Shown here in pieces: positions 52,197-60,859 of a DNA stretch of 64,000 nt. Origin of the DNA: Thermodesulfobacteriota bacterium (GTDB lineage: Bacteria > Desulfobacterota > BSN033 > WVXP01 > G020346125); NCBI GenBank assembly GCA_041862515.1, contig JBGVTJ010000241.1, positions 1,685-65,684 of the forward strand, given 5' to 3'. The position numbers were made by a program, and so were the translations under genes. The notes under the pieces were generated by a model, which was not told the origin of the DNA, did no database searches, and saw only the letters and a program-made list of their open reading frames with translations. Every line of letters begins with the position of its first letter. The first letter of the stretch is position 1.

Positions 52197-52808
52197 TCAT
52201 ACCCTCCTGAAGATCCCGATGACCTTACCCAGAATTTGAAAACCCCTGTCCCCCTCCCTCACCGTAACCGCCTCCCATGCCTCGTTGTCTGGTTTGAGGA
52301 GCACCTCGTCCCCTTTGAGAAAGAATCGTTTCACCGTTGCCTCGTCATCGATCAGGGCGACGATCACATCGCCGTTATCGGCGGAGGGTTGACAGCGAAT
52401 CAAGACGTAATCTCCCGGGAGAATATAGGGAGACATGCTCTCCCCCTTCGCCCGCAACAAGAAGACCTCTTTCCCCTCTGCCCAATCCCGTGCTAAGGGA
52501 ACGACTTCCTCGATATTTTCCACGGCCAGGGTAGGTTTTCCGGCCGCCACCCTTCCCAAGACGGGAACCTCGCGAATGGAAATCCCAGGCCTCCTTCCGG
52601 TGAAATCCAGGATCTCGATGCCACGGGATTTGGTTTGCCTCCGCCTCAGGTATCCCTTCCTTTCCAGGGCTTTGAGGTGATCGAAGGCTGCCCTGGGATA
52701 GATGTCGAAATACCGGCCGATCTCCCTCACGGAGGGAGGGTAACCGCTTTCCAGGGTGAACTCCTTTACGAAATCCAGAATCTCTCTCTGCCGAGGGGTT
52801 AGATTCAT
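52197..52808 (-). CDS. lexA: LexA repressor (S24 peptidase with N-terminal wHTH)
   Basis: REILDFV...PPSVREIG HTH; cleavage and catalytic motifs VAAG, GESM (Ser), VKRF (Lys); start at the ATG at 52808 with RBS GGAGG. Confidence 0.9.
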   Translation of the reverse strand: MNLTPRQREILDFVKEFTLESGYPPSVREIGRYFDIYPRAAFDHLKALERKGYLRRRQTKSRGIEILDFTGRRPGISIREVPVLGRVAAGKPTLAVENIEEVVPLARDWAEGKEVFLLRAKGESMSPYILPGDYVLIRCQPSADNGDVIVALIDDEATVKRFFLKGDEVLLKPDNEAWEAVTVREGDRGFQILGKVIGIFRRV

Positions 52809-52835
52809 TGCTTTTCCTCCCTTTTCCCCAAAGAT

Positions 52836-52853
52836 ACTATACATATGTTTAGT
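52836..52853. promoter_or_regulatory. Candidate LexA operator (SOS box): 16/18 palindrome ACTATACATATGTTTAGT, Cheo-box-like core ACATATGT
   Basis: Lies 28-45 nt upstream of the lexA ATG; palindromicity read directly from the sequence. Confidence 0.4.
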
Positions 52854-53048
52854 TGTCAAGGGAAAAATTTAGTGGACTTTCCCCAACATTTTGGGAGGTG
52901 GTGAGGTAAGTTATTGAAAAACAATGATAAACAAATAAAAAGAAGTGGAAATGGAGGTTTCTCCTATGGTAGAGGAGTTTCTGAAGCTTCCTGAGATTTA
53001 CAAGGAGTATTTTTGTAACTTGGTGATCATATGGCAAATTTTACTTTT

Positions 53049-53282
53049 CATAAGTGAACACCGTTGTCCCCTCGGTTGCTCACGGTCTGTTGCCTTAATT
53101 TCCTTTCGCTCACTGAAAAGAATTGTGGACAATTCTAGAGTTCGCTTCACTAAGAATGGTTAACCAAAATTCTTTCATGTTCCCTCCAGGGAACCAGGGC
53201 AACGGCCTGTTTCGACGTTACCCTTCTCAAGCAAATTTGGCTCATGGACAACGCTGTTCGCCCAGAAACTCAGGAAACTCCT
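53049..53282 (+). repeat. Chimeric element C: terminal-helix ends of structured-element family 2 (same ends as the 55681..55910 copy) enclosing a fragment of MITE family 1 (53107..53176)
   Basis: 5' cataagtgaacaccgttgtccc and 3' ggacaacgctgttcgcccagaaactcaggaaactcc match the ends of copy B; the core differs. Confidence 0.4.
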
Positions 53283-53392
53283 GAAAGCGTTTCACTTGAC
53301 AGAGTGAAATAAAATCTGGTATGTGGTTTCTCGGTTGAAAACCTTTCCATTATCGAACCATAATGCATGAGATCCAATGGAGGAACGGTATT

Positions 53393-53818
53393 ATGTTTAA
53401 GAGCATCTTGGTACCTCTGGATGGGTCGGAAGTCGCCGAGACCATCCTTCCCTATGTGGAAGATTTGGCGGCTACCCACAAGGCGAGGATCGTTCTGCTT
53501 CGAGTTGCCCTGGCTCACACCCTCCCCGGACAAGACGAGATAAAGGCTGAGGTTGAGGCGATCCGTGAAGCTGAGGAATACCTCAAGGGGGTTGAGGAAA
53601 GGTTGAAAAAGAAGGACTTCGACGTAGAATCCCACGTGAGGTATGGTAAGGGGGCTGAGGAAATCATTGATTTCTGCCAGGAACCCAATATCGATGCCAT
53701 CGCCATGTTCACCCATGGGCGAACTGGAATAGGCAGGTGGTTGTTGGGGAGCGTGGCGGAAAAAGTAGTTCGGCATTGCCCCATACCGACCCTGCTTTTC
53801 CGGCCGAAAGGGCAATAG
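53393..53818 (+). CDS. Universal stress protein (UspA family)
   Basis: ILVPLDGSE start, the HGRTG.GR...GSVAEKV ATP-binding motif; RBS GGAGG precedes the ATG at 53393. Confidence 0.8.
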   Translation: MFKSILVPLDGSEVAETILPYVEDLAATHKARIVLLRVALAHTLPGQDEIKAEVEAIREAEEYLKGVEERLKKKDFDVESHVRYGKGAEEIIDFCQEPNIDAIAMFTHGRTGIGRWLLGSVAEKVVRHCPIPTLLFRPKGQ

Positions 53819-53927
53819 GGCATTTTCGAAATGGCGAGCCCCTCATTCCACAAACTTTCTGTATCTACCTCTTGCATCGGAGGAGAATCTCATTCGTCTC
53901 AAGTCAGGGGCGAATCCCGTCCCATTC

Positions 53928-54860
53928 TCAGGCTACCCATTGCCAGATCTTGATAATACCATAGGAGAGGAGGCCGGACAGGAGGGGCGTGGATATCCAG
54001 CCAATGCCTATCTCAACCAGCATTCTCCTACTTACGGTCTTGACATCCTTTACGATTCCCACTCCCACCACTCCCCCAACGATGGCCTGGGAGGCGGAAA
54101 CGGGCACACCCACCTGGGTAAATAAGTGGATCGTAATGGCCTCCGATAGTGTCGCAACGACGGCCGAGTAAGCATCCATGGGGACAATGCGCATACCAAC
54201 CGTCCTCATCACCTTCCCACTGTAAGTCAATACGCCACTGGCAATGCTCAATCCCCCTATGGCTGAAGCTTCCAAGGGGGTTAGCAATCCCGAACCGACA
54301 TAAACCCCCGTCACATTGGCCAGATTGTTGGCCCCCAAGGCATAGGCCCCGTAGCACCCAGCTACGATGAGCCCGTTGGTGAGGAAAAAGGACTGAAGCC
54401 GCAGATCCGCAATGACCCTTTCGAAGAAAAACCCCAAGACCCTGTAGAGCGCAATGCTCAGAATCACGCCTGCGATGGGAGTCATGACCCAACAGATAAT
54501 TACCTTGTACAGTTTGCTGAAATCCGCAAACCCAAAGACGATGCCTATCCCCAAAAGGCTGCCGATGATCGCCTGAGAAGTGGAGACCGGCAGGGATAAG
54601 TAGCTCATGAGGGCTACGGTAACCCCCGCGGCGAGGGCTGACACAAAGGCTGTCGTTGCCGAGAGGTTCGAAAATTTGCCTACCGTGGCAAAACACTTCG
54701 GACCCTCCAAGAGTGCACCCATCAAGACGAAAATGGAGATCAATATGATGGCCGTCCTGTATTTGAGGATGTTAGCTGCGACACCAGTGCCAAAGATGTT
54801 TGCCGCATCGTTACTGCCCAGGCCCCAGCCCAAAAAGATCCCGCTTAAAAGGGTCCACAT
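53928..54860 (-). CDS. Inorganic phosphate transporter (PiT family)
   Basis: GLGSNDAANIFGT and GANNLANVTG PHO4 signatures. Confidence 0.85.
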   Translation of the reverse strand: MWTLLSGIFLGWGLGSNDAANIFGTGVAANILKYRTAIILISIFVLMGALLEGPKCFATVGKFSNLSATTAFVSALAAGVTVALMSYLSLPVSTSQAIIGSLLGIGIVFGFADFSKLYKVIICWVMTPIAGVILSIALYRVLGFFFERVIADLRLQSFFLTNGLIVAGCYGAYALGANNLANVTGVYVGSGLLTPLEASAIGGLSIASGVLTYSGKVMRTVGMRIVPMDAYSAVVATLSEAITIHLFTQVGVPVSASQAIVGGVVGVGIVKDVKTVSRRMLVEIGIGWISTPLLSGLLSYGIIKIWQWVA

Positions 54861-54905
54861 GTCCCGTTACCCCGCTCCCTCGGGTTTTTCCTCTCCTCCT
54901 TGTGT

Positions 54906-55559
54906 TCAAATGTGCGCTTTGAAGATTAGGCTATTCAGCCAATCGGAGGCGTCCTCAACGCGGTCCGAGATATTGGCGATCTTCTCAAGCCAATGTTGCA
55001 GGTGAAGCTTCTGAACCAAGGGGATGTCGGAGGTGAAGATCCTCCGGGTCAACTTCCATTCCAAGTCATCCACATCTGACTCCCTTATCCCGGCATCCCT
55101 AATCCTCTCTCGAATGATCGAAACGTCCTTATCGCCCGCTGAAAAGAGATTCTCCACCGCCTCCTTTAAAGGATCGTAACTGCAAATGGAGTCTACGGAA
55201 ACCTTATGAAAATCCGATTTGAAGTCCTCAGGTATCTCGGGTCGCTGGCCCATGGCGAAATCGCAACAAGCCTCCGCGCTGTCTGCAATCTTATCCAATG
55301 CCTCCACCAAGACATGAACGTCCCCCCGCAAACTGGGCAAAAAAGCACCGGAAAAGAGCAGCCCTTCCACTTCATATCTGATGAAATCGGTCTCCGTTTC
55401 TAAGATATCGGTCTTTTTGGCGATCTCCTTGGCCTCATCGATTTCCGCCTTCAGGTAATGGTCGATGGTTTCCATGGAGGCTTGGAGACACTCCCCTACC
55501 TTTCCTATGAATTTCAGAATTAAATTACCAACTTCCGTCTCCTTCTTAACCCAAATCAT
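54906..55559 (-). CDS. DUF47 (PhoU-like) protein, usual partner of PiT
   Basis: TIGR00153-like helical pattern, upstream of pit on the same strand. Confidence 0.75.
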   Translation of the reverse strand: MIWVKKETEVGNLILKFIGKVGECLQASMETIDHYLKAEIDEAKEIAKKTDILETETDFIRYEVEGLLFSGAFLPSLRGDVHVLVEALDKIADSAEACCDFAMGQRPEIPEDFKSDFHKVSVDSICSYDPLKEAVENLFSAGDKDVSIIRERIRDAGIRESDVDDLEWKLTRRIFTSDIPLVQKLHLQHWLEKIANISDRVEDASDWLNSLIFKAHI

Positions 55560-55644
55560 AGCCCTCCTCCCTGATGGGAAAATATAAAAATATTTAATGA
55601 TTATCCTAAATATTATTTATCTTACAAATTGATGTATTTGCACC

Positions 55645-55673
55645 TCTATATCTTAAAAGCAAGCATCTGTCAA
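55645..55673 (-). promoter_or_regulatory. Sigma-70-like promoter candidate for the DUF47-pit operon (TTGACA-17-TATAGA on the minus strand)
   Basis: Hexamers read on the reverse strand; lies between element copy B and the DUF47 start. Confidence 0.35.
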
Positions 55674-55680
55674 TTAATAA

Positions 55681-55910
55681 CAATGCTGGAGTTTCCTGAG
55701 TTTCTGGGCGAACACCGTTGTCCATGAACGTAAATTGCTGGAGAAGCTGGGGACCCATCCAGGGTGAGCAGGCTTCGACGTGAGCTCAGCCGAACGTAAG
55801 GGGAAAGCCAGCCCTTTAGAGGCTGGAAGGGGTAAGTATTCCCCGCCTGCGAACCCCGAAAGGGTCACTTCGGAAGCACTGAAGCGAAGGGACAGCGGTG
55901 TTCACTTATG
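55681..55910 (-). ncRNA. Copy B of the ~210-nt structured element, with a 14-bp terminal helix and its own promoter-like sequence (TTGTAA-16-TATATT at 55919..55946)
   Basis: Core homologous to copy A (2730..2935) with compensatory changes; terminal helix gugaacaccgcugucc / ggacaacgguguuc. Confidence 0.45.
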
Positions 55911-56129
55911 AAAAATAAAATATACTTTGTAATCAAAAGGTTACAAAAATATTCCGCATAAAAATCAGGAAACTCCAAATAACAATGGTCTTGTTACGGA
56001 AGAATATTTTTGATTGACAAACAGTTTTTTCGACCTCATTGTATGAAGGTCGTCTCCGTTGCAATGATCCAACTCCTGTATTGCTTTAATAATCTGATCT
56101 CGAGTGAAGAATCTCAGAGGAAGTTCGAT

Positions 56130-57166
56130 ATGAGAGGGGTAAAAATCATCCAATACGGGGTCGGTGCAATGGGTTCTCTGATGGTAAAGACGGCCTTAAA
56201 GAGAACGCGCCTGCGATTCGTGGGGGGCATCGATCAGGGGAAAAAGGGGGGGATGGATTTGGGAGCGGCGATGGGTCTCCACGGTAAATTGGGGATTTCG
56301 ATTTCGGGGGAACCCCAAACCTTATTGAGCAATACCGATGCGGATATCGTTCTCCATGCCACCGCATCTTTTTTCGATGAGATATACCCCCAAAATCGCC
56401 ATGGCCATTGAAGCGCGCATGAGCGTCATCTCCATTTGCGAGGAGTTAGCCTATCCTTGGCACCGAAATCCCGAACTTGCCAATAAGATCGACCGGCTGG
56501 CAGAGGAAAATGGTGTGATAGTGTTGGGACCCGGGGTAAACCCAGGATTTTCCTCGATACCCTCGTCATCCATTGCACCGGGTTATGTGCCGAAGTCAAA
56601 AGGATTACGGCCAAGCGGATGCGCGATTCTTCCCCTTATGGCCTAAGGTTCTGGATCGCCGAGGACTGGGGCTCTCCTTTGACGAGTGGAAAAAAAGGGT
56701 ATCTGAAAAGAGGATAACCGGCCATATCGGGTCCCATGAATCGATGAGGATGATCGGGGCCAGTTTGGGGTGGGATTTGGATGAAACCGTTGAAATGCCG
56801 ATTGAACCCATCATTGCCGAGGTTAGCATTGAACTCCCTTATGTGAGGATCGAAAGGGGGACCATATGCGAATATAACCAGAAGGCCTATGCCCTCATGG
56901 CGCGCGGGAAGGTGATTCTCTTTGAGAATGAAGGAAGGGTATATGGGGAGGGTGAAGAACATCATACGGAAGATTCCGTGCATATCGAGGGGAATCCCGA
57001 GATCAAGCTCACCATAAGGCCGGGACTATCGGGCGACGTTAGCAGCTCATCCATGGCCGTCAACGCCATCGCACAGGTTATGGCTACGCGACCCGGGTTG
57101 GTCAGCATGAAGGATCTCCCCAATCCATCAGCCCTGATGGACACAAGGAGATACTTTCACCATTGA
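56130..57166 (+). pseudogene. DapB-like NAD(P)H amine dehydrogenase (2,4-diaminopentanoate dehydrogenase family) interrupted by three 1-nt indels at homopolymer runs; probably intact in vivo
   Basis: Family blocks (GVGAMGS..., NGVIVLGPGVNPGF, FLDTLVIHCTGLCAEV, ITGHIGSHES, EGNPEIKLTIRPGLSGDVSSSSMAVNAIAQVM...PGLVSMKDLP) are spread over three frames; frame switches at the C5 run 56387-56391, the T4 run 56548-56551 and the C4 run 56632-56635. Confidence 0.7.
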
Positions 57167-57451
57167 AACCAACGAAGGAGCTTGATTTGGCAATCCAATT
57201 GGCGGGTCGTTATTCAGGGAAGTAGCATCCCCGGCGTGGCCCGAGAGGGTATGCTCGTATCCTAAGGTGACACCTTCCATCCCGATTTTGCCCATAAAAT
57301 CGAAATAAGAACATCCAGGATAGATGGCCTCAATCACCTTTGCATCGATGGACCATTCCAGCAATGGAACCCGATCAGGCTCTTTCCGTTCCAGAGCTGC
57401 AAAGACACGGTCTCGGGAATTCACGGCCGTTTTTTTTCCCTGAGCTGGCAA
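57128..57451 (-). pseudogene. N-terminal ~70-aa remnant of a uroporphyrinogen-decarboxylase-family (MtaA-like) methyltransferase gene
   Basis: SRDRVFAALERKEPDRVPLLEWSIDAKVIEAIYPG resembles URO-D/MtaA N-termini; the rest of the ORF is non-protein-like and abuts the amine dehydrogenase gene on the other strand. Confidence 0.35.
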
Positions 57452-57476
57452 ATGGTACTCCTTAATGAAATATAAG

Positions 57477-58607
57477 CTAACTCAAATATTTTTTGGAAAA
57501 TTCTTCATAGCGGCATCCCAGTTCCGCAGCTCTTTCCCCATATTCTTCTCTCTTCATCGTCTTACACTCGTAACCGAGGAGTTCTTTCATGATCTCGCAG
57601 GATTTATCGGTAAACACGACCGTTCCATCGTTTTTGATCTCTTCAATGCCTTCGAGCCTCTGACTTTCCAAATTGATCCTAATCGCCTCTTCTTGCGATA
57701 TTTCTCTCGGCAGGGCGAGTTTCACTCCCTCCTGGCTCAGACGTACAGGATACCCACCGACCAATCCCCCCGGTCCCGCAACATGGCTGGTTTCTCCGGT
57801 ATCGTAATAGAGGGATAGAATCTTTTGAATTGCCGAAGAGGCCACGAGATAGTGTCCTTCCGGGTGGCCGAGCCGTTTGGCATATTTGACGATATCTTTA
57901 AAGAGTTCCTCAGGATTCAATTCTGCTGTAATATCATTCCCATCGACGAGAACTTTCAAATAATAGGGCGCCCCTCCAGTATGGCCTTCCCTGACAACCC
58001 AATATTCGGCATAGTGGTGTATCACCAAAAGCGGAAATACGCTCCGCATTGGCACGTTCAGCCTGTGGGAGATAACTTTTCGCAGTTGTGGAATAACGAG
58101 CTCAATATTGCCGATCCCTGCGATCGGAGCTTCTCCCACCTTGGCCAAGGTTGGGTTGACCGCGTCTGGGTACGCTCCATTAACTACCCAGGTCTTGATG
58201 CCCGACCGCCCTACGGCCTGCATCAATTTGTGGCACAACGTGAGATGCATAGGCAGCCAGGGCCCATAACCTGCTTTCTGGAATTTCTTGTGAATCTCTT
58301 TCGGGAGGAGCTCAACCACCCAATAGGATTGCAGGCTTGTGGAATTGAGGATGACGGAGGGCTTGATCCTCGCTAAAGTTTCACTCGTTTTGCCGATATC
58401 TCTCAAATCGACTTTGACGAAATCTATATTCGGGTAAAATCCTTCAAGTTGGGCACCGAATGCGGCATTATTGACCCTTTGAAAGCCATAAGCCTCATTC
58501 ACATCCGCGCCAATAATCCGAGCTATCCCCGGCTTTCTTGCTAGTAATTCCAAAGCCTTCCCCCCAACTTCCCCCAAACCGATGATCATGATTGTTCCGT
58601 CCGCCAT
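57477..58607 (-). CDS. Saccharopine dehydrogenase-like NAD(P)-binding oxidoreductase
   Basis: Rossmann IMIIGLGEVGGKALELL at the chosen start (ATG at 58607) and the Sacchrp_dh-like C-terminal domain. Confidence 0.65.
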   Translation of the reverse strand: MADGTIMIIGLGEVGGKALELLARKPGIARIIGADVNEAYGFQRVNNAAFGAQLEGFYPNIDFVKVDLRDIGKTSETLARIKPSVILNSTSLQSYWVVELLPKEIHKKFQKAGYGPWLPMHLTLCHKLMQAVGRSGIKTWVVNGAYPDAVNPTLAKVGEAPIAGIGNIELVIPQLRKVISHRLNVPMRSVFPLLVIHHYAEYWVVREGHTGGAPYYLKVLVDGNDITAELNPEELFKDIVKYAKRLGHPEGHYLVASSAIQKILSLYYDTGETSHVAGPGGLVGGYPVRLSQEGVKLALPREISQEEAIRINLESQRLEGIEEIKNDGTVVFTDKSCEIMKELLGYECKTMKREEYGERAAELGCRYEEFSKKYLS

Positions 58608-58674
58608 TTCAGTTCCCCTTTTATGTAGTGATTTTAGGAATTCCGAATCCCTTAAGGAAAAAAATGCCCGATCT

Positions 58675-59313
58675 TCACCTCCCAGATGAAAAAGACCTCC
58701 CGACAGCCCTGGCAAAGTGCTCCACATGCTCAACCATCAATTGCTCCATTCGGTCTGCATCCCTCCCTTTCAATGCCTCAATGACCTTCGGCAGATCAGC
58801 GAGCATCCGTTCCGGTTTATGGGAAATCAATCTCTGGATCCTAAAAAATTGATTTTGGGTAACTGAAATAGATTCATGGAGAAAATGATTGTGGGAAGCC
58901 TGGTTGATGATTTGATGAAACTGCATGTCATAATTGATCAGTTCAGAAATGTCTTCACGGTTTATATGATTGGCCATTTCGGATAATCTTTCTAAATCCC
59001 GGATCTGCTCCTCAGTGCTATTCATGGCAGCCAGCCTGGCAACTCCTCGCTCCAGTATCTCTCTCAACTCAATCAGCTTTTGAAAATCCCGAAGATTGAC
59101 GTCAGAGACCCTCGCTCCTACGTGTGGAACGAGGGTTACCAGTTTTTCCCCCGCAAGACGAATGAGAGCCTCTCTAATAGGCGTCCTGCTGACCTTAAGC
59201 TCTTCTGACAGTCTCTTCTCATTAAGAGGATCCCCCGGTTTGTGATAGAGATTAACAATCCGTTCTCTTAACACATTACACACATCGTCACGCACGGCTC
59301 TGTGCCTCCCCAA
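58675..59313 (-). CDS. GntR family transcriptional regulator (FadR/FCD subfamily)
   Basis: N-terminal GntR HTH (LSEELKVSRTPIREALIRLAGEKLV) and FCD C-terminal helices. Confidence 0.85.
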   Translation of the reverse strand: MGRHRAVRDDVCNVLRERIVNLYHKPGDPLNEKRLSEELKVSRTPIREALIRLAGEKLVTLVPHVGARVSDVNLRDFQKLIELREILERGVARLAAMNSTEEQIRDLERLSEMANHINREDISELINYDMQFHQIINQASHNHFLHESISVTQNQFFRIQRLISHKPERMLADLPKVIEALKGRDADRMEQLMVEHVEHFARAVGRSFSSGR

Positions 59314-59403
59314 ATCCTTGTTGTGAATTTCGAGAATTCGTTGGTCAATGTGTCACCACTTGTCAGGCATTAGGTCCGAAAAACTCATGGCCCAATTTTT
59401 AAT

Positions 59404-59454
59404 TGACATTGTATTAAAAGTATAGTATAAGATTTGTATACAATTTGTATATCA
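59404..59454. promoter_or_regulatory. Divergent regulatory region: sigma-70-like promoter candidate (TTGACA-17-TATAAG) followed by GntR-type palindromes (TTGTATACAA at 59434..59443, related half-sites nearby)
   Basis: Perfect 10-bp palindrome read directly from the sequence; lies between the GntR gene and the ADH-AOR operon. Confidence 0.35.
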
Positions 59455-59673
59455 TGAATTTATTTGGAGATCAACATAAATTTTCATACGCCGCAAGGCG
59501 AGCAACCTCAGGTCTTACTCAATATCCCAGTAGAGGTCATATTGTACCCGGTGCCAGGAGAGTCGAAATTTACCTGATCAGATACTGCAATGAGGAAGGA
59601 GGGTTTTGCACCACAACTGCAATGTCATTGCGGGCTGCCCATGAAGCAAGCCACCAATGGAGGATGGAACAAA

Positions 59674-60828
59674 ATGCTCGATTTCAACTATCACATGCCG
59701 ACAAAAATTCAGTTTGGCGCCCGTTGCTCTCAACTGGCCGGACAAATAATCAAACAGTCGGGCACAAAAAAACCACTCATTGTAACTGATGAAGGGGTCA
59801 TCAATGCAGGCCTTGCAAGAATCCTAACCCAATCATTGGAAAAAGAAGGGATCCCCTACGAAATCTTTTCCGATGTACAATCCAACCCGACTCTAAATAA
59901 CGTGGAAGCCGGAACGAAGCTATATAAGGATATCGGAACGGATTGTCTCATAGGCTTGGGCGGCGGCTCTCCCATGGATGTTTCACGGGGAATAGGGGTA
60001 ATCGCCGTTCACGGTGGCAAAATTGAAGAGTTTTGCTTGGGCAAAAGAGCCATTGAGAAGCCACCCCCTCCTATCATTTCCATTCCCACCACAGCCGGCA
60101 CCGGCAGCGAGGTTTCTCCCGGGGGGGTAGTTACTGATCCCGTCAGTAAATTGAAACTCGTTTTTGGGAGCCCTCTTCTCTTTTCAGAGGTTGCTTTAAT
60201 CGATCCCGAATTGACATACAGCCTGCCTTCTCATCTCACCGCCTGGACGGGCTTAGATGCGCTCAGCCATGCAGTAGAAGGATTTCTCTCCCAACGATCA
60301 CAACCCATTGTGGATCTCTACGCAAGGGAAGCAGTTCGGCTTATATCCAAACAGTTGGTCATAGCTTATCACAATGGAGAGAACCGCGAAGCTCGCCAGA
60401 GTTTAACGCTGGCCGCTCTCCTTGGGGGGATGGCTATGCGGGGAGGGTTGGGGTTAGTTCATACTTTGGCCCATGTCATCGGTGGGCATATCGACCTCCC
60501 CCATGGCTTAAACTGTGCTCTATTACTGCCTGAGGTTATGGTCCACAATCTTCCGGCGACTAAGGAGAAGATGGCGGCTCTCGCCGTTGATCTTGGGGTA
60601 GCCAAACCAGATATGAATGAGACTCGAAGGGCGGAGGCGGGGGTCAGTGCAGTCCGAGATCTCTTGAAGGACCTGAGGGTCGAGTTGCCAGAGGATCTCA
60701 AGGTAGGCGAAAAGGTTCTTGGCGCATGGGTATCCGCTGCCATGGAGTACACCCGATATCGACCCAACTACCCAAGGGAAATGACCGCAGAACAGATGAA
60801 GAGCATGCTTCGGCGAGTATTCAGCTAA
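59674..60828 (+). CDS. Iron-containing alcohol dehydrogenase
   Basis: Fe-ADH signatures (GGGSPMD, metal-binding His pair in HVIGGHIDLPHG); start at the ATG at 59674 with RBS GGAGGA. Confidence 0.85.
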   Translation: MLDFNYHMPTKIQFGARCSQLAGQIIKQSGTKKPLIVTDEGVINAGLARILTQSLEKEGIPYEIFSDVQSNPTLNNVEAGTKLYKDIGTDCLIGLGGGSPMDVSRGIGVIAVHGGKIEEFCLGKRAIEKPPPPIISIPTTAGTGSEVSPGGVVTDPVSKLKLVFGSPLLFSEVALIDPELTYSLPSHLTAWTGLDALSHAVEGFLSQRSQPIVDLYAREAVRLISKQLVIAYHNGENREARQSLTLAALLGGMAMRGGLGLVHTLAHVIGGHIDLPHGLNCALLLPEVMVHNLPATKEKMAALAVDLGVAKPDMNETRRAEAGVSAVRDLLKDLRVELPEDLKVGEKVLGAWVSAAMEYTRYRPNYPREMTAEQMKSMLRRVFS

Positions 60829-60859
60829 GTTTCATTTAGTCAGGGAGGAAGATGTCCCT

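Noticed and set aside
51483-52496. 337-aa plus-strand ORF
   Set aside because: Pro/Arg/Ser-rich low-complexity translation, antisense to the well-supported ImuA-like and lexA genes
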